Assembly (NCBI RefSeq): GCF_001194135.2
Contig: NC_068982.1
Span: 123,921,474 to 123,985,473, forward strand
Source of the DNA: Octopus bimaculoides
Lineage: Eukaryota
Length of the DNA: 64,000 nucleotides
Reading direction: 5' to 3'
A program made the position numbers and the translations under genes. Each line of letters opens with the position of its first letter. Position 1 is the stretch's first letter. Of this stretch, positions 63,530 to 64,000 are shown piece by piece. A model generated the notes under the pieces. That model saw only the letters and a program-made list of their open reading frames with translations, did not search any database and was not told where the DNA came from.

Positions 63530-63703
63530 TTCATGGCATGTGGTCATCCTGGAATGAATGGTCAGAATGCAGTACAACTTGTGGTGAAGGAAGGACATTC
63601 AGAACACGTTTATGTGACAACCCTGCACCAGTAAATGGTGGAAATCCTTGTGTTGGTTCTCAAAAAGAATCCATTCCTTGCAGTACATTGAATGATTGTC
63701 CAG
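63530..63703 (+). CDS. HMCN1: Hemicentin-1-like exon, first thrombospondin type-1 repeat (VHGMWSSWNEWSECSTTCGEG...RTRLCDNPAPVNGGNPCVG...CP)
   Basis: WxxWxxW, CSxTCG, RxRxC and GGxxC motifs; 174 nt, phase 1-1. A long Ig array followed by VHG-TSP1 is the hemicentin-1 architecture. Confidence 0.93.
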
Positions 63704-63821
63704 GTAAAGTCAATACACAAACATGTTTACCTCATATATATCTGTATCTGTATTAGTGTGTGTGGGGGGGAGGGGGTGTATACACACAAACATACACACA
63801 TATACACATACATATGTATGC

Positions 63822-63859
<38 letters not shown>

Positions 63860-64000
63860 ACATGTCTCTTAAAGGATAGAGCTCAAAATCAATGCATTGA
63901 AGATACTTTATTGCAGCAACAATTATAATAACAGAAACACCCACAATAAGCCAAACCTATGCACATTTCAATAGGGTATCCCGGAAAAATAAACCACATC

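Noticed and set aside
1-64000. tRNA, rRNA, CRISPR or prokaryotic-type operons
   Set aside because: The tRNA-like boxes are SINE heads without cloverleafs; there are no regular repeat-spacer arrays; the window is eukaryotic intron-exon DNA.

Overview
Eukaryotic, AT-rich, repeat-dense genomic DNA. The SINE, RTE-tail and microsatellite repertoire looks like Octopus (inference). The only host gene I can support is a + strand hemicentin-1-like gene: 16 GT-AG coding exons (2,643 nt, 881 codons, open across all junctions) encoding nine tandem I-set Ig domains followed by the first TSP1 repeat. The gene begins and ends outside the window. Five exons (10269, 12795, 60675, 61502, 62691) are absent from the ORF track. 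One intron (16599-58366, 41,768 bp) is about 20-90 times longer than the others. It holds remnants of many mobile-element classes: mariner, hAT with an 8-bp TSD, Penelope-like GIY-YIG with inverted ends, RTE, R4/Dong-type and CRE-type RLE retrotransposons, an APE fragment, foldback MITEs and many SINEs. The most notable non-standard signal is a set of minimal hammerhead-ribozyme-like motifs with palindromic stem III. One has a canonical core and sits in a near-perfect 47-bp hairpin (55785-55904). One lies in a structured 355-nt unit bounded by a direct repeat (17262-17630, retrozyme-like). Degenerate ones occur at 23712, 40071 and 43216. All protein-family calls are by eye from recalled motifs; no database search or folding program was run.
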